Positions 24,350-38,113 of a stretch of DNA of 50,617 bases are shown in pieces. The stretch is from Peribolospora baueri (taxonomy: Eukaryota): positions 1 through 50,617 of the forward strand of contig JAMDHS010000123.1 in NCBI GenBank assembly GCA_029717555.1, given 5' to 3'. Made by a program: the position numbers and the translations under genes. Each line of letters starts with the position of its first letter. Position 1 is the first letter of the stretch. The notes under the pieces are model-generated. The model ran no database searches. It saw nothing but the letters and a program-made list of their open reading frames with translations, and was not told the origin of the DNA.

Positions 24350-27300
24350 ATGGCCAACTCCCACCGCACGCAGGCCGTGTCCCCCATCTCCTCGCCCCTT
24401 ATCCTCCCTTCCTCCGCTTACGACTCCCTTCCCTCGCCCTCCTACTTTCGCCGCTCCTCTTCCTCTTCTGCCTCCTTCTCCCCCGCCTTCTCCGCCGGCG
24501 CCTCACCCCCGCTGACCGCCGGCCACGGCGGCGGAGGCGACCCGCTCAAGCTCGACGCGGACAACCTCGTTCTCGAGGAAGAGCAAGACGCGGAAAATGG
24601 GCAGCGACAGCTGGACGAGGAGGGCAAGGGCGAGGGCGAAGGCGAGGGCGAGGGCGAGGACTACGAGTTCACCGATGGGGAGGACGACATGCATGCTGAG
24701 GGCATCCCTCGAGCGTACGTCAAGCTCGACGTGAGGTGAGTTCCGCACACCGAACAGTCCAACTGTGCGGGACGGCTGGGGTCGCGTGCCGCCGGCTGCA
24801 CGACGGACGAACGAATGAACGAATGAACGAACGAACGACGGGCACATGACTTCAATACCCAGAAGAATGCACTTCACCGGCCGTGCCTCTTCTCTCCTCT
24901 CGCTAGAGCTAGAGCGAGGCACGACCCGAGGTATGTCTTGGTCGGGCGTCAGAGGGCCAGAGGTAAGCGGGGGGAACGTTATCCTGCCTGCCCACTCGCG
25001 ATGGTTGCGTCCCTCTGGTGACATGCGTGCCTACGTCACATTCGTGATAGACGCGGTCGATAAGGTTCGGACGCACTGACCTTTGTTCACGTCGCTGCCC
25101 CCTCCGCAATCTTCATTCTCATCTGACAGGAGGTCGGATTTGCCCACCTTCCCTCGGGCCGTACTCGATCTCCTCTCGAAGCACCTCAGTATCCCGGGAT
25201 GGGCTACCTCCGAGGCCCACCCTTCGTCGCTCCCGCTCGATCCTCAATACGTCCTCCTGCACCGAGTCAGCGGTAGTTTCACCAATGCCGTCTTCTTTGT
25301 CTCCTACCGCCCTCCAGGCAAGGCGAGCAACCTGCGGGTGCCGCCCACCGTGCTCCTGCGCGTCTATGGCACCGACAGCGCCACGTTGATTTCCCGACGG
25401 ACGGAGTTGTTGATCCTCCACACCCTTTCCTCTCTCTACGATATCGGCCCCCGTATCCTTGGTACATTTTCCAACGGTCGAGTGGAGCAGTATTTCGATT
25501 GCGTGCCTATTGGAAAGGAGGGCATGCGCGACCTCAAGGACCCGCGCGTTCACGATGGAGGAGCGGCCGCTAGGGCGAGGGGTGAGAGGAGGGAAGGGTA
25601 CGCACAGTGGGTGGCAAGGAGAATGAGGGAGCTCCACGAGGTGCCACTGGATGTCGTCGCCAGAGTACTCGAGAGCGGCGATCTGCGAAGCCAGCACGAG
25701 CTCAGCGACAGCAAGGGCTTTGGCCGAGGCATCGCCAAAGACCTGCTCGCCTCTGGCCACGCGCGCAAGACGAAAACGTCCAGGCGACCGCCCCTCCTTC
25801 ATCACCAATCTCCGGCGCCCATGACGGACAGAGAGGAGCGCGAGAGCCCCGCCCAGCCACTCGCCGTCGACTTTGCCACCCAAAGAGGATCCAGGAGCAG
25901 CGCGGTGAGCAGCTTCGACAGCCTCGCGACCAGCTACTCGTCCGCGAGCTCGGTGGACAGCGTGTCCTCCTTCGACTCAGCAACGACGGTCGGAACACCC
26001 GCCTTCGGCCCCACTTCGGTGCCCGCTGAGCGGGAGCCGTTTGTTTCCAATTTGGCCAGCTCGAGCCAGGCTCGGTCGTCCAGTCGCGGCAGAGCCGTCT
26101 ACTCTCCCGTGTTGCTGCCGTCGACGGAGTCGAGCGCCGAAGGGGCAAGCCAACTCTTGCGCTCGGTCGACAAGAACGGGAGCGCGGGCCGTAAGGGGAG
26201 GGGGAACGGACACTTGACAGGGCCTTATCCTGGCGTCTGGAGGCGGATCAAGCGTTGGAGCAAGGAGGCGGAGAAGGTGCTCCGGCTTGTGGACGGGGCC
26301 AAGGTATCATTGCCGTCACAGCGATCGCGGATATCCAAAGCCCAGCGCGAGCTCGACGCTTATTTATCCCAAATCGAAGCGCTCAACTTCTCTCGGCTGA
26401 AAAAGGAGGTGGAGGCGTACAAGGCCTATGTTCGACGGTGGGAGCGAGCCGAAGGGCAATCTCGACGCGTCTTCTCGCACAACGACTCGCAATACGGCAA
26501 TTTGCTTCGCATCAAGGACGAAAACGCCGTACCGCCCAGTCCTAGGCTCGGACCTGTCGGCTCGCTGAGCCCGGTGGTGGGACCGATTGGCAAGGCGGGA
26601 AGATCGCGAGGACGTCCGCCTCCGGAACATCATGCGCTCGTGGTGATCGACTTTGAATATGCGTCGCCCAACCCTCGCGGCTACGACATTGCGAACCACT
26701 TTCACGAGTGGAGGACGGACTACCACCATCGGACGCTGAGTTGGAGCCTGCGCAGCCACGGCGCGTATCCGAACGAGAGGGAGAGGCGAATTTGGTTGAG
26801 GGCCTACGTCGAGCAGGGGAAGGAGATGCTCGGCACCGTCATCTCGCCCGGTGCTCTGTTGGCATCAGCCACGAGGGACAGCCGCCCGCTCGGGCAGGGC
26901 GCCGCAGTGGAGACCCGGCCTGGTCTGGAAAGCAGGCGAAGGAGTCACGAAGAGGCTCGCCCACATTCGGACAACGGCGCCGCCCACTCTGCACCTGCAC
27001 CCGAGTCTCGGGTCAACCATCAACAGGAGCCGTCGCCTGTACAGCACCTCCGACAGCCATCCGGCGGTCTGGCGTCATCGTCTTCCGGGGAAGCGACGCC
27101 ACACGGTCAGATAACCCCGACGGCTATTTCACCTCGGTCGCCGAAGCGACCTTCCGTTGCCGTCGACGCTGCGAGTGGAGATACGGACGCTAGTGGGACT
27201 GGCACACAGAGAGCCATAGGGCCGCTGAGCAGCTCGCCGTCCAAAAGCAAGAGCGCCGGCGCAACGCCTACGTTGGCTGCTGCATCGTCGTCATCGTCGT

Positions 27301-27752
27301 CGTCGTCAGACGCAGACATGAAGGAGCAGACCCTCCACAAGGTTGGCTCGTCAAGCTCTCTGCGATCCACGTCGTCGACCGGCTCTGCATCCTTCCCACC
27401 GCCTTCGGCTGACCCCGTCGCGCTCGCTCACCTAGCCACCCGTATCGAGCGTTCCATGGAGGCAGAGGTGGACAGGCTGGAGGCCGAGGTGCGCGTCTGG
27501 TCACCCGCTTCGCACGCCGTGTGGGGCCTGTGGGGGATCGTATTCGCCCGGGAGGAGATCGAGCGCCGGTTGGCGGCCGTCAGAGCGGAGATGCAGGGTG
27601 GCGACGAAGGGGCAGAGGAGGAAGTGAGAGGTGATGAGGCCGAAGCCACAGAGGAAGAAGGCTTTGATAACCTCAAGTACGCCGCCGGCAGGTTCGACCT
27701 TTTCAGGGAGGAGATCGAAGGTCTGAACGTCCAGGTCGACGACGCCTTTTGA
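24350..27752 (+). CDS. Choline/ethanolamine kinase with long low-complexity insertions, 2 exons
   Basis: RVSGSFTNAVF, LLRVYG, IGPRILGTFSNGRVEQY, Brenner motif VFSHNDSQYGNLL, IDFEYASPNPRGYDIANHFHEW, SHAVWGLWG. Confidence 0.93.
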
Positions 27753-27838
27753 GCGTCCCAAGCCCTTCCCCCCCCCCCTCTCCCAATCCAAGGGTACTGA
27801 AGCGTTTAGACAGACCAAGTTGCGCTGCGCCCAACTTC

Positions 27839-27841
27839 GTT

Positions 27842-27872
<31 letters not shown>

Positions 27873-27892
27873 TGTTTTTTGTTTTGTTTTTG
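27839..27892. repeat. (GTTTT/GTTTTT)n T-rich repeat in the kinase 3' region
   Basis: Read directly, downstream of the kinase stop and a C-run. Confidence 0.85.
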
Positions 27893-28116
27893 TCCTTTCT
27901 TTCCGCGATGCGCTTTTTGTACGTTCACATCGCTTGCATCGGTTGCTGGTGGTCACCGTCGTCCCTGTTCGTTCCCCCATGCAATAGAACGCTCGGTAAA
28001 GTTGGGCAGCTTGACAGAACCGCACACGGAACGTCTAAAGTCATGAAACCAAAGGCACTTGCAACGGGACCACGCCAATGATTGCCGATGAGGGTAGTGA
28101 TACAATTATTAAGTCA

Positions 28117-29758
28117 TCAAGAAACCTCGACCATATCGTCGGAATCACCCTCCGAGTCACTTCCATTCTCGTCCCTACCCCCGCTCTCTCCGCTAGCTGT
28201 TGGCTGCGAAGCTATGTTCTCCGTACCGTTCGACCCGGAGCTTCCGCCTGCCCCACCTTCCACGCTCATGCCGTCGCCGCTTCCCGCCGCTCCCGCCAGG
28301 GCCGCGGCCCCGCCCACTTCCTCCTTCTTCGTCTTCTCGTCTGTCTTCCGCTTGTCCTTATACGTCTCCGTTAATGCCCACAAGCCGGAATAAGGCCCTC
28401 TCTTGACGGGCTGCGCCATTCCCGAGAGCACCTCCTTGAGATATGCCTCGGGCTGTTTAAGGTGCTGGCGGAGGCCCTTGAGAGGCCAGTACTCGTATTC
28501 GCCAAATGCTTCGAGAATGAGGTCCATGAGCTCGTTGCTCGGCATGCGTGCAAACCGCTCGATGGCCTGTTGCTTTGGTTTCTGCAGAGGTAGAACATGA
28601 CCGAGCCAAAGCGTCACGCGAGGAAAGAGCGTCAGAGCTGGCATACGAGGACCCAGCCAGGCCATCCTCGAACGCTGCACTCACGATGAAAGCGCTGTGC
28701 GTCCGTCCTGTTGCCAAGCCCGCACCGGCAGCACCAGCGGCCAATAGGTTGCTCGTCCCCGTGCCGCCCTCCAATACCTTGACCGTGCGCCTCGGCATGG
28801 CGGCTTCCATGCTTCTCGTGCGAAGCACCTTGCGGTATGCTTCGTCCATCCGTGGCGTCAGGCCACATTCGTGAGAAATTGTGCCTGCGAGATACGTTTG
28901 ACCTGTGCGAGCAATAACGGGTGCGCCCTTGTTTTCAGCTGACGTCCTGCACAAAGATACGTCTGTTGCAAGAAGGTTTAAAAGACTTAATCCCACTCAC
29001 GAGCTCGATAGCTCCCCGGCACGGGCTTTTCTGCAAAGGCGTACAAGTTGTGACTGTGCTTGTTCGTCATCCGAAGATCGTAGGTCGTCGGTATCGGACG
29101 TTCTTTCTCCTTCGCCTTCTGCTCTGAATCTGCCTGACTACCGACAGGCTTGACGTCCTGTTCGACGCCGTTGGCGAGCTCGCGCTTGGGAGCGGACGTG
29201 GAGCCGCTCGCGTCCGTTCGCTCGTTGAGCAAGAGTGCAATCTTGTTCTCACCACCCTTTGCCTCAGGCCTGGAGAGAGACGACGTGGGGTGCGGTGACA
29301 CATTGGGGAAGATGTTCCCAAGTCAACACGAGTGCAGTCTCGTAATCCTCGCTCAAACGGCGCTCAAACGCTGCTTTTTCACAAAGGTACGCTTGTCGCG
29401 ATGCACGAAGATGCCGGCCTTCGGCGGCTTCCGCAACGACGACGCAGAGAGAAAAAAAGGTCGCAGCTATACCCCGGATCACGGGTAAGACAACTCACTC
29501 GTAGACTCGCACCGTTCCCAACGGCACGCCATCCTCGTCTACGCTTGCCCATTGGTCCATGAGGAACTTGGGCACCTTGACGAGCCACACTTTCCGCTTG
29601 GACTCGCGGCCCATCACTAGGTCCTCGTCCGGCTCCGGGCTGCGCTCTCGCTTTCCATTGGCGTTCTTCGAGTCCGCCGCAGAGTTGTCACCATCAAGTG
29701 GGACGGACTCCGCTTCGGGGGAGCCCGGATCTGATACGTAACCCGTCGGAGATGACAT
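28117..29758 (-). CDS. TFG2: Transcription initiation factor IIF beta subunit (Tfg2/RAP30)
   Basis: RKVWLVKVPKFLMDQW, GTISHEC, and winged-helix ARMPSNELMDLILEAFGEYEYWPLKGLRQHLKQPEAYLKEVL..KRGPY..W.L. Confidence 0.93.
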
Positions 29759-30076
29759 GATGGTCGTCGTTGTCGTCGTCGTCGATTGTAGGCGGGCGAG
29801 GCGAGGCGACGGTGATCGGCGAGTGGTCCGCCGCCGCAGTTCGACCGCAGCAACCGCCATTGTCCAATCGGTCTCTGCGCGCATCTGAGATTATACCCGT
29901 ATAGTATCTGAACATCAGTCTAGAGGCGCCAACTCCCCTTTCATCGGGGATCCACATAACCTGGATTCTCGCGCCTCGAGACTTGACACTGTTGGACGAG
30001 TAGGACTCGACTCCATCATCCCGAGAAAGAGTCGTAGACTAATCATTCAACTCAAACAGCGCCACGACCCTCGAAT

Positions 30077-32126
30077 TCATTGGCCTTTCGTGAAGAAGCT
30101 CGTAATCTTCCGCTGTGACCCCTTCCTTTTCCTGTCCAACTCGGTGAAATGGCCGGCCTTGAAACCTCCGGCCTTCTTCGGTGGTGTGGTATGCGAGCTG
30201 GACTGACTCCCGGAAACTTTCGGATTTGATCGACCTGACGGAGAAGGGGAGGGCAACGGGCCGGAAGCGGAGGAGGAAAATTTGCCCCTCTTCGCCGATG
30301 TTGGAGGATTTATCCGTGACGGCTGCGCCTTGCGCGTTTTCCGAGGCGAAAAGCCATCGTTGTCGTCGGAGTCTTCGAAGAAGAGGCGTTTCGTGGCACC
30401 TTGGCTCGGCGACCTGTCCTCCGATTTTGCCATTTCTTCAAACCCTTCCAGAGCCTCAAGATCTGACGATTCGGTGACGGAGGCGATCGAGCTTGACGTC
30501 TCCTCCTTGATCTGTCCGTCGTCCCGGATGGTCGAACTTGACGCTGATTGCTGCGAACAAAGGGTCGAACTAGCCTGTAACCCCTCGTCGGGATTGGACG
30601 AAAGGTCTTGTCCGGCTGCGCCTGCCAGTTCCTCTTCTTTGACGCGCTGTGTCGGCTCCAGCTTTGTCTCTGCATCCCAAGTTTCTGCCCACGTCGGCTC
30701 CTTTTTCACCTGCGCGCCGGCCTTCGGTTCTGGAACGCCCTTTCGAGGAGACGTCTCGCTCGCCTTCTTGAAGAATCCTTGGATGCCGCCCTTGCGCTCT
30801 GATAGTGGTCGAATGAAATCGGGCGATGATCGTCCCACCTTGCCAACTTCAGGTGGGACCGGATAGCTGAACGCGGCACGACACACTCCTCCATGCGATT
30901 GAGCCAGATGCCAGCTTCAAGCGTCGCTTAATATAAATATCTCTCACCAGCGTAATTCGCCCGGAAATGGCCGCATGAGGCTCGCCACTTCCTTCCCCCA
31001 GGTCAGGGCGCTGTCATCTTTCGGCGACTCGCCAACGCCAAGCCACTTTTTGATCTCTTCTACCGAAGAAAGGATTACGGGCATGCGGTCGTGCTGCAAC
31101 GATCGCCGATTGTCGGCAGTCCGAACATGAGACATCGGGAACGGCGGCTGGAAGGCGGGCTCACCAGAAAGTTGAGCTGCTTGTTCGTCGACGTGGTGAT
31201 CACGGTGAACGAATAAACGGGCACAGAAGTACCTGGAGAAAGATGAAACGGGTTGGAGTTACCGCCCCAGGACGGAGGCAGGACGGACGGGATGGGATGC
31301 CAAGCTGCCAAAGCGGCGCACCTTCGAAGACAACCTTATCCCACAAGCCGGCCATACACATCAACGGCGGGCCTCCTCTACCAGGCTCCTTTCCTCGAGC
31401 CGCCACATCATCCGTGCTCATCCCTACGAAATGAGCCTGCTTTCCCTTCCCCCCTACCTTCTCCTTGTTAAACCACTCGTAAAATCCCTGGCACACAACC
31501 ACGCAGCGGTTCTTCGCGAGCAACGGTCCCCAAACGGAGCTGCCGGAGAGAATGGTATCATCTCGAGCGTTAATGGTGCGTAGCGCCTCACCGTAACCAG
31601 GTGGGCGTTTGAGCGTGTGCGGGAGAAGTCCCCACTTCATCGTCTGGATCACGAAGGGGATGGGAGGAGCGGAGGCGGACGCCTTCGACAACGGCGAATC
31701 TGCAAAGTCCGACGGCTCCGCGCGGCGAATGATTGGGCATTGTGTCTGTGGTGCAACGTTGTATCTAGAACGGGCCGTGAAGAAGGATGGGACGAAGAGC
31801 CAAGGGCTGTGAGCCGGCCACTTCCTTCCGTTTCTCTCGCTCCGTATGCGCCGGCGCCTACCCTCCGCCGCCTGCAGCGGGAGAAGAGCCCCTCTATGTT
31901 GTTTGGGTACTTACGATGGCCAGAATTCGTTGCGTCCAATCCATCGGGGACGGGACGCAGAGGACGAGCTCCCAGCGGGCCGTCGTTGGTGAGATTGGCC
32001 GTCGCCCCCGGCGCTCGGCCCACTGCCTCCGCCATCGTCGTTGTCGCCGTAGAGGTGCCGGAGCCGAACTCGAACGTCGTTCTCAAACTCGTCTTGATCG
32101 ATACCCAGAGAGAACCTGCCACACAT
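30077..32126 (-). CDS. SRAP-domain abasic-site protection protein (HMCES/YedK, DUF159) with long disordered tail
   Basis: N-terminal MCGRF, YNVAP, MKWGL, INARDDT, GFYEW, AGLWD, FTVITT, HDRMPVIL. Confidence 0.93.
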
Positions 32127-32570
32127 GCCGAGGTGAGGGGACAGGGGTAAGAGGCTGGCGGAAGAGACCTGATCGCTTGGGGACGTGGATTTCGTCCCTC
32201 CGCTCACCATCATCCGTCGATCGCGTACAAACAGTGCTGCGGCGTTCGACCGCGTAAATGATGTCGATGGTGCGAAGATTGTCCTTCCCATTGGCTACGC
32301 TGGAGCGCCCGCAGAGGACCAAGGCGGGCGGTGGCGGAACAAAGTGCACACTGGACACTGCGTACGAGACTGGGACTGGACGAGTGGTTGTCTTTGTGTG
32401 CGTACAGGAGTCGGTTCAAGTCGTGTGCATGCGCGTTCCTTCTATGCCTCCGTCTGGCATCCCATTCGTCAGCCCCACTCGTGTTTGTCTCGGTCGCGAC
32501 GTATTTAAGGACCTCCAGTCTTCCCGTCGTCCACGAGGCCCCAGTGCACAATCAAAACTCTGCTCCAATC

Positions 32571-33575
32571 ATGTCCTTCCCTCCTTTGCCTCCTTTCACC
32601 ATTGCAACTGCCCGTGGTGAGTCATCGTGCTGTAAAATCCGCACCCGGGCCCGCAAGCTCTGACCAGCCAACGTACCCCCTCGCTTCCTTAGAAAAGGTG
32701 AAAAAGGCACAGAATATCTGGAACACTTGCGATCCACAAAGGGTATACAAGGCATATACGGAAGACAGCGTATGGAGGAACCGAGACGTCTTCCTCACCG
32801 GTCATGAAGAGATCATCGAGTGAGTTTTGCACTTTGTAAGCCGTCGAAGCAATTAGGCGCACCCCGGCGCACCGAGTTTCTGCCAGACCTGTCCACCTGG
32901 CACCTTCTCCCTGCTCCCCGTGTGCAGATTTCTTACGGCGAAATGGGAGAGAGAGAAGCGGTACCGCCTGCGCAAAGAGTTGTTCGCTTTCACGGACAAC
33001 AAGATCGCCGTTCAAGTAGAGTATCAGAACATCCCGTCCCATTTTTCAGCGCTGACCGGCCGCGAGCCCACTTTGCAGCATCGCTCACTAACGCTCCGTG
33101 AAACATGACACGTTCGACACGCAGTTCTGGTACGAGTACCTCCTCGACGGCAAGCAGTGGCGGCGCTGCTATGGTCTTGAAGTGCGCTCCGCTCTCCGCA
33201 TTCTGCCTGCACTGACGCGCCGTTCGAGCCGCGTCTCCTCACGACGATCTTCTCTTCGCCTCGTTCTCGTCGCACAGGACTGGACATTTGCGCCGGATGG
33301 AAGGATGCGCAAGCGACAGATGTCTGGCAACGGTCGGTCTTCCTTGCTGTCTCCGTCGGTTCATGTCCATGGCACATGCCTCACCCTCGTATCCGCCTTG
33401 TTCTTTCCCCGTTTTAGAGACTGACATAAGTGAGGAAGAGCGCTGGTTTAAGGTGAGTAGCCTTTGCAGCGGCCATCCGAGCGAACACCCGCTCACGTCC
33501 TCGACATTGGTCCCACAGGACGGCATGACGGACGAAGAGGTCGACTCGGTAGACATATCGGAGGAGCACTGGTAG
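32571..33575 (+). CDS. DUF1348 (SnoaL/NTF2-like) protein, 7 exons
   Basis: [87 protein letters not shown]. Confidence 0.88.
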
Positions 33576-34117
33576 CACGTGGGTCTGATACTCTAGCTGC
33601 CGATGGCATCTGCGCAGGAAACGAAGGCGTGCTTCGAAGACGAGGAAAAGGAGGTAGATGATGGAAACTGTCAGTAGCATCGAGGAACGGTTGACGTTCG
33701 AATACGAGTTGGTGCTGGTGTGGCCGAGAGTGCTTCCGTTCGTTCGCCTGCTGCTGCGGACCCATCAGAAGTGGACGGACATGAGGGGCCCCTTCTTCGT
33801 CCGGCACGGCAGTTCCGCGCAAACGGAAAGCTGTGACTATTTCCTCGGTTTGCCAAATATTACTTCCTTGTCAACTCGTCCTGGCTGGATCGCTTATGAA
33901 CCGCCGTGCGGGGTCAGCCAAGACAACCGGCGTCGTCTCGGAATCGGACCGGCGTTTGCTTCTTCGCTTCTTCGTTTACCCCGCTGTCCCGAGCTAGCTC
34001 GTGCTCTTCCTCTTGAGCCGATACACCGTCTTCCTCCTAGCCCTCGCCCTTTTCCATCTGCAGTTCACGTCTGCTCCGACCCCCTCTTGTCCGTCTTTTG
34101 AGATCTGGTCGATTGCC

Positions 34118-36618
34118 ATGGGCCAGCCGTCTGCGCCGCGAGAAAGTCCAAATGTGGACTCGGAGAAGGGGGCTGCAGTCCTGGAGATCCCACATCTCCC
34201 CGCAGGCGGTACTGCTGACGATACCGGTAGCAGCGGCGACAAAAAGGAGGCGGAGGTTGGACAACCAGACGGTTTTGGAGATGGCGGCGAGGTGCGAGAG
34301 TACGACGAGGAGGCGAGCCGGAGACTCGTTCGAAGACAAGACATCAGGATCCTGCCGTTGGCCGCTTGGGTCTACCTGCTTTGCTACCTCGACCGCTCGG
34401 TGAGTGCTCGTCAGTCGAAGCTCGAGGCTGGTCTTCTTATCTCTGTCAAACGAAGAGCTGATGCACCTTCCTCATTGTCTGTCTGCACCTTCCAGAACAT
34501 CGGCAATGCCAAGGTGGCCGCGTTGTCGGAGCATCATGACATGCTCTCCGACTTACATACCACCAACTTTCAGTACACCGTCGCATTGATGCTCTTCTTG
34601 TGAGCTTCTATTCACGAGCGCGGGATATGATGCTTATGGGATTAGGGCTCATTCGCACTTTCCGCTGCTCTTTTTTGTCCTGGACCGACAGCGTGGCATA
34701 CATCATCTTTGAGACGCCCGGAAATTACTTCATGAAAACCCTCCGTCCTTCCCGATGGGTCGCCCTTACTTGCCTCACGTGGGGCGTCGTCACCTGCTGC
34801 ATCGGTGCCACAAAGACCTATTCCCAACTTGCAGGCTTGCGGTTCTTGCTCGGTGAGAGCGTCGCTCTATGGGGCGCTGAACATCGTCGACGGTGGCGTT
34901 TTGACTCTACTTGCACCAACGCTTCTGGGCTTTGCAGGCGCGATCGAGGCTTCCTTGTTTCCTGGCCTTACGTATCTCCTAACGTTTTGGTATCGGCCTG
35001 AGGAGCGCTCGATTCGTGTGGCCTTCATTCTCGCCTCAGCCACCCTAGGTGTGTGATTGGAGTTCACGGAGCCGTCGACGACCACATTGTGTGTGTATCG
35101 ACCCGGTCGCGTGTCGAAACTCTTTCCTACTCGCCGTTTGCAGCGGGTGCGTTCGGAGGAGCGATGGCTACAGGCATTACGTACCTTGACGGCAAGAGAG
35201 GGATTTATGCATGGCGCTGGATCGTGAGCAGCACGCGTTCTCGGCTCTTGTTCATTGTCACCGCATCACCGCGTGCTCGGCTTATGCCCTTGTGGTCCTC
35301 TGAAACAGTTCATCATCGAAGGCCTTCCCTCCATCGTAACCGCCTTCGTCGTCTTCTTCTGTTTTCCGGACTTTCCCGAACGTGCTAGCTGGCTCTCTCC
35401 AACGGAGAAAGCCCTCTCTGCATCCCGCCTGGCTGGAGACAACAGTTCGAAGGGAGATGACAAACTCACCTGGTCCGAAGCAAAAAAGACGCTGACGGAC
35501 TGGAGGCTCTATGCTCATTACCTTGCTTACATTGGAATCTCGGCCCCGTTTTCGAGCTTGAGTTTGTTTGCGCCGACGATTGTCAAAGGTGAGTTCAAAC
35601 ACGAATGAAGTGGAGTGCACCATGGTTGTTCCTTTGGATGACTGGTCGAAAATACGTGTGCTGCAGGGGTGTCCCTTCTTGGTCGCTGACCCTCTCCCTC
35701 TTGCTCACCGCCCTAGGCATGGGATACGACCAAGGAGTACAGGCAAATCTTTTTACGTGCGTCAGAGTGTTTGGTTCCCGCTTGGTTCCCTTCCTTTGAC
35801 CCTCTCACGGCTGGGGCCCCTATAAGCGTGGTCAATCATGTTCTGAACTCGCCAAATTGTCTGCGGATGGCATTTCTCCCCTCAGTGTACCGCCATATGC
35901 AGTTGCCTGGGTCGTCACATTGACGGTATCGTTTTTGGGCGACCACTACAACCGCCGCGGCATCGCTTCGGCTTCCGCTGCCCTTGTCGCAGCCGTAGCT
36001 TTTGCAATCGAAGGCGGCCTTCCTGGCGATCGGTACACCACTCGATATGGGTGAGTGCAAGTTGAAGAGGAGATCGTGCGTCTAATGACATGGGGTGCCG
36101 TTTATAGCGCACTGAACAGCGTCATCGTGCCTGATATCAACTTGCTCACTGCCCCGCCCACTGCTGTCTCCGTGCTCCTCACTTAGCCTTCTCATCCTGG
36201 CGACATCCGGCGCTTTCGCCTGTATCCCGCCGCTCCTCGGCTGGCTTACGTCGAACGTGAGGGGCACGACGGCAGCTACGTTGGCCATCCCACTCAACGG
36301 CAGTTTTGGTGGCATCGGGCAGATTGTCGGTGTATGGTGAGTTTCTATTCGATTTGCTAAGGCGTTCACCTGCAAAAAAGGCAATGCTGCCCGTTACGAG
36401 GTGGGACTGCTGACCGAAAAGTTTGTTTGACTCGACCCACGTTCGTGGCTAGGATTTACAAAGCGAACGAGGCGCCCCGCTACCCGACTGGCCACTTTGT
36501 CAACTTTGCCTTCCTTCTCATGACCTCCGTCACCTGCGTCCTGCTCGTTGTTTTCTACTCCTCGCAAAACAAAAAGATCGTGGCGAGAAGCACTGGAGAA
36601 CGTCTTTGGGTCCTGTGA
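34118..36618 (+). CDS. MFS transporter, anion:cation symporter (Tna1/Dal5-like) family
   Basis: RRLVRRQDIRILPL, YLDRSNIGNAK, RPSRW, LRFLLGAIEASLFPG, FWYRPEERSIR, AWRWIFIIEG, EAPRYPTGH. Confidence 0.92.
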
Positions 36619-38113
36619 ACCGTCGCCCACGCCCTTGGCCGTCCCTTTCGTGGTCCTTGCGTATGTCAGGCTTGGGATCGACGGTGGATGAGGATACCTG
36701 TGTCCATTTAATGACCAAGGTGGCCGAATATTAGTGTCGCCTCCTCGGAGCGATTTGATACCTGTCTATTACGTTAGTGGTGCTTCTTTTGCGTGGTCGG
36801 AAATTCTCGTCAGGTTTTCAGCACATCTAGTGGGCAATTCCTCCCTAGACAGCTACAACTGGTTCTAGTGTGCTGTCGGCCAAGTTCAACGCCAAGGCTC
36901 TTCCCAAAAGCTAGCAGAGAGGGATCGGGCTCGCTCACTGGGCTCGGAGAACAGGTGGCGCCTGGGCCCAGTCCGCCGGCGGGCACTGTCTATTCTTCTG
37001 GAAGAGGCAATGTCCAGCAGGTGCGAAACAGACCGGCCACGGCGCCTCCGTTCTAGACCTTTGCGGACAGTGGTTTGCTGTCATTTCACGCTGAGGCGGC
37101 GCGTCGTCGGTCGAGTCGCCGATCTGTGACAAAGGAACGTCGCGTCTTTTCCCATAACATCACACTGACTCGCTGCGTCTCCGGTTTCCGATCCCTTCCT
37201 TCCTCCGCAGACATTCAATTCAGCACTTGGCACGCGCTCGTTCTTAATCTTATTCCCGCTTACCATAGCCGAACCTTCCATCCAATAGGTTAGCCTGGCC
37301 GCGCTCGCTGCCCCGCGTCCGACACTCGCCGAGGTTACATGGCTTTAAGAAGCCATTCATTGTTTCCGAATCCCTTCTTCCGGCACAGCTTGCTCGAGGG
37401 GCCAACGAGCTATTGTCTGCGTGTGGACAACGACCGCACGAGTGGTTTTAGGCGCGGCCCAACTTTCCAGCCGGGTCCCGATCCCTTTTTCATCGACGAG
37501 CTTCCCTCCGCCCTCACCCTCCCCTCTCACCTTGAACGTGCCCATTCCAAAGGCTAACCAAATGTTTACTCTAACGACGTGCGCCTCCTATATACGAACT
37601 CAGCACAAAAGGAACGTTCTAGGGGCTCCAGCTAATTTTACCGAGTCCCCTATCCTGCGAGCTCGTCACGATTCTCACCGATTTGTCGAAGGAAGGTAGT
37701 GCCGTCACACACACAACACAACAAAGGGACGCCGACGCTTGCGCCGGACGGCCGGCGGTTAGCCAAAGCGACAAAAACGAGGACGTCGTCAGGAGCCGAG
37801 TGTGAGTACTGAGCTAGAAGGGCGTCGTGCGAGGACGACGTCGACGTAACTCCAGGGAGTAGTAAGGCATGTGTCAGATCTGGTGAGCACGTTAAACATG
37901 AGGCTCGACATCACGCTGTAAAACAAAGCAATGCATCACCGAACGAATCTTCGACGACCAACCCCGAAACCGCCCTCCTTTGACAGAATCTTGTCCAAAC
38001 CCACGACAGGAGTTTTGGTAAGCTGCATGAGGTTCGACTTGACATGTATTACAGAGCGGTACGTCGTTAATGGGTCCTCGTTGCTCATCTCCCTCCTCGT
38101 TGCACATCTCGCG

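Noticed and set aside
25119..27676. Multiple long minus-strand and alternative-frame ORFs
   Set aside because: Shadows of the GC-rich choline kinase CDS.
29884..29970. CTGAGATTATACCCGT resembling the 5' half of a fungal TPP riboswitch
   Set aside because: The P4/P5 half (CTGATC..GGATAATGCC-like) is missing, and it lies antisense in the TFG2 promoter, not in a thiamine-gene intron. An Infernal search with the TPP model would settle it.
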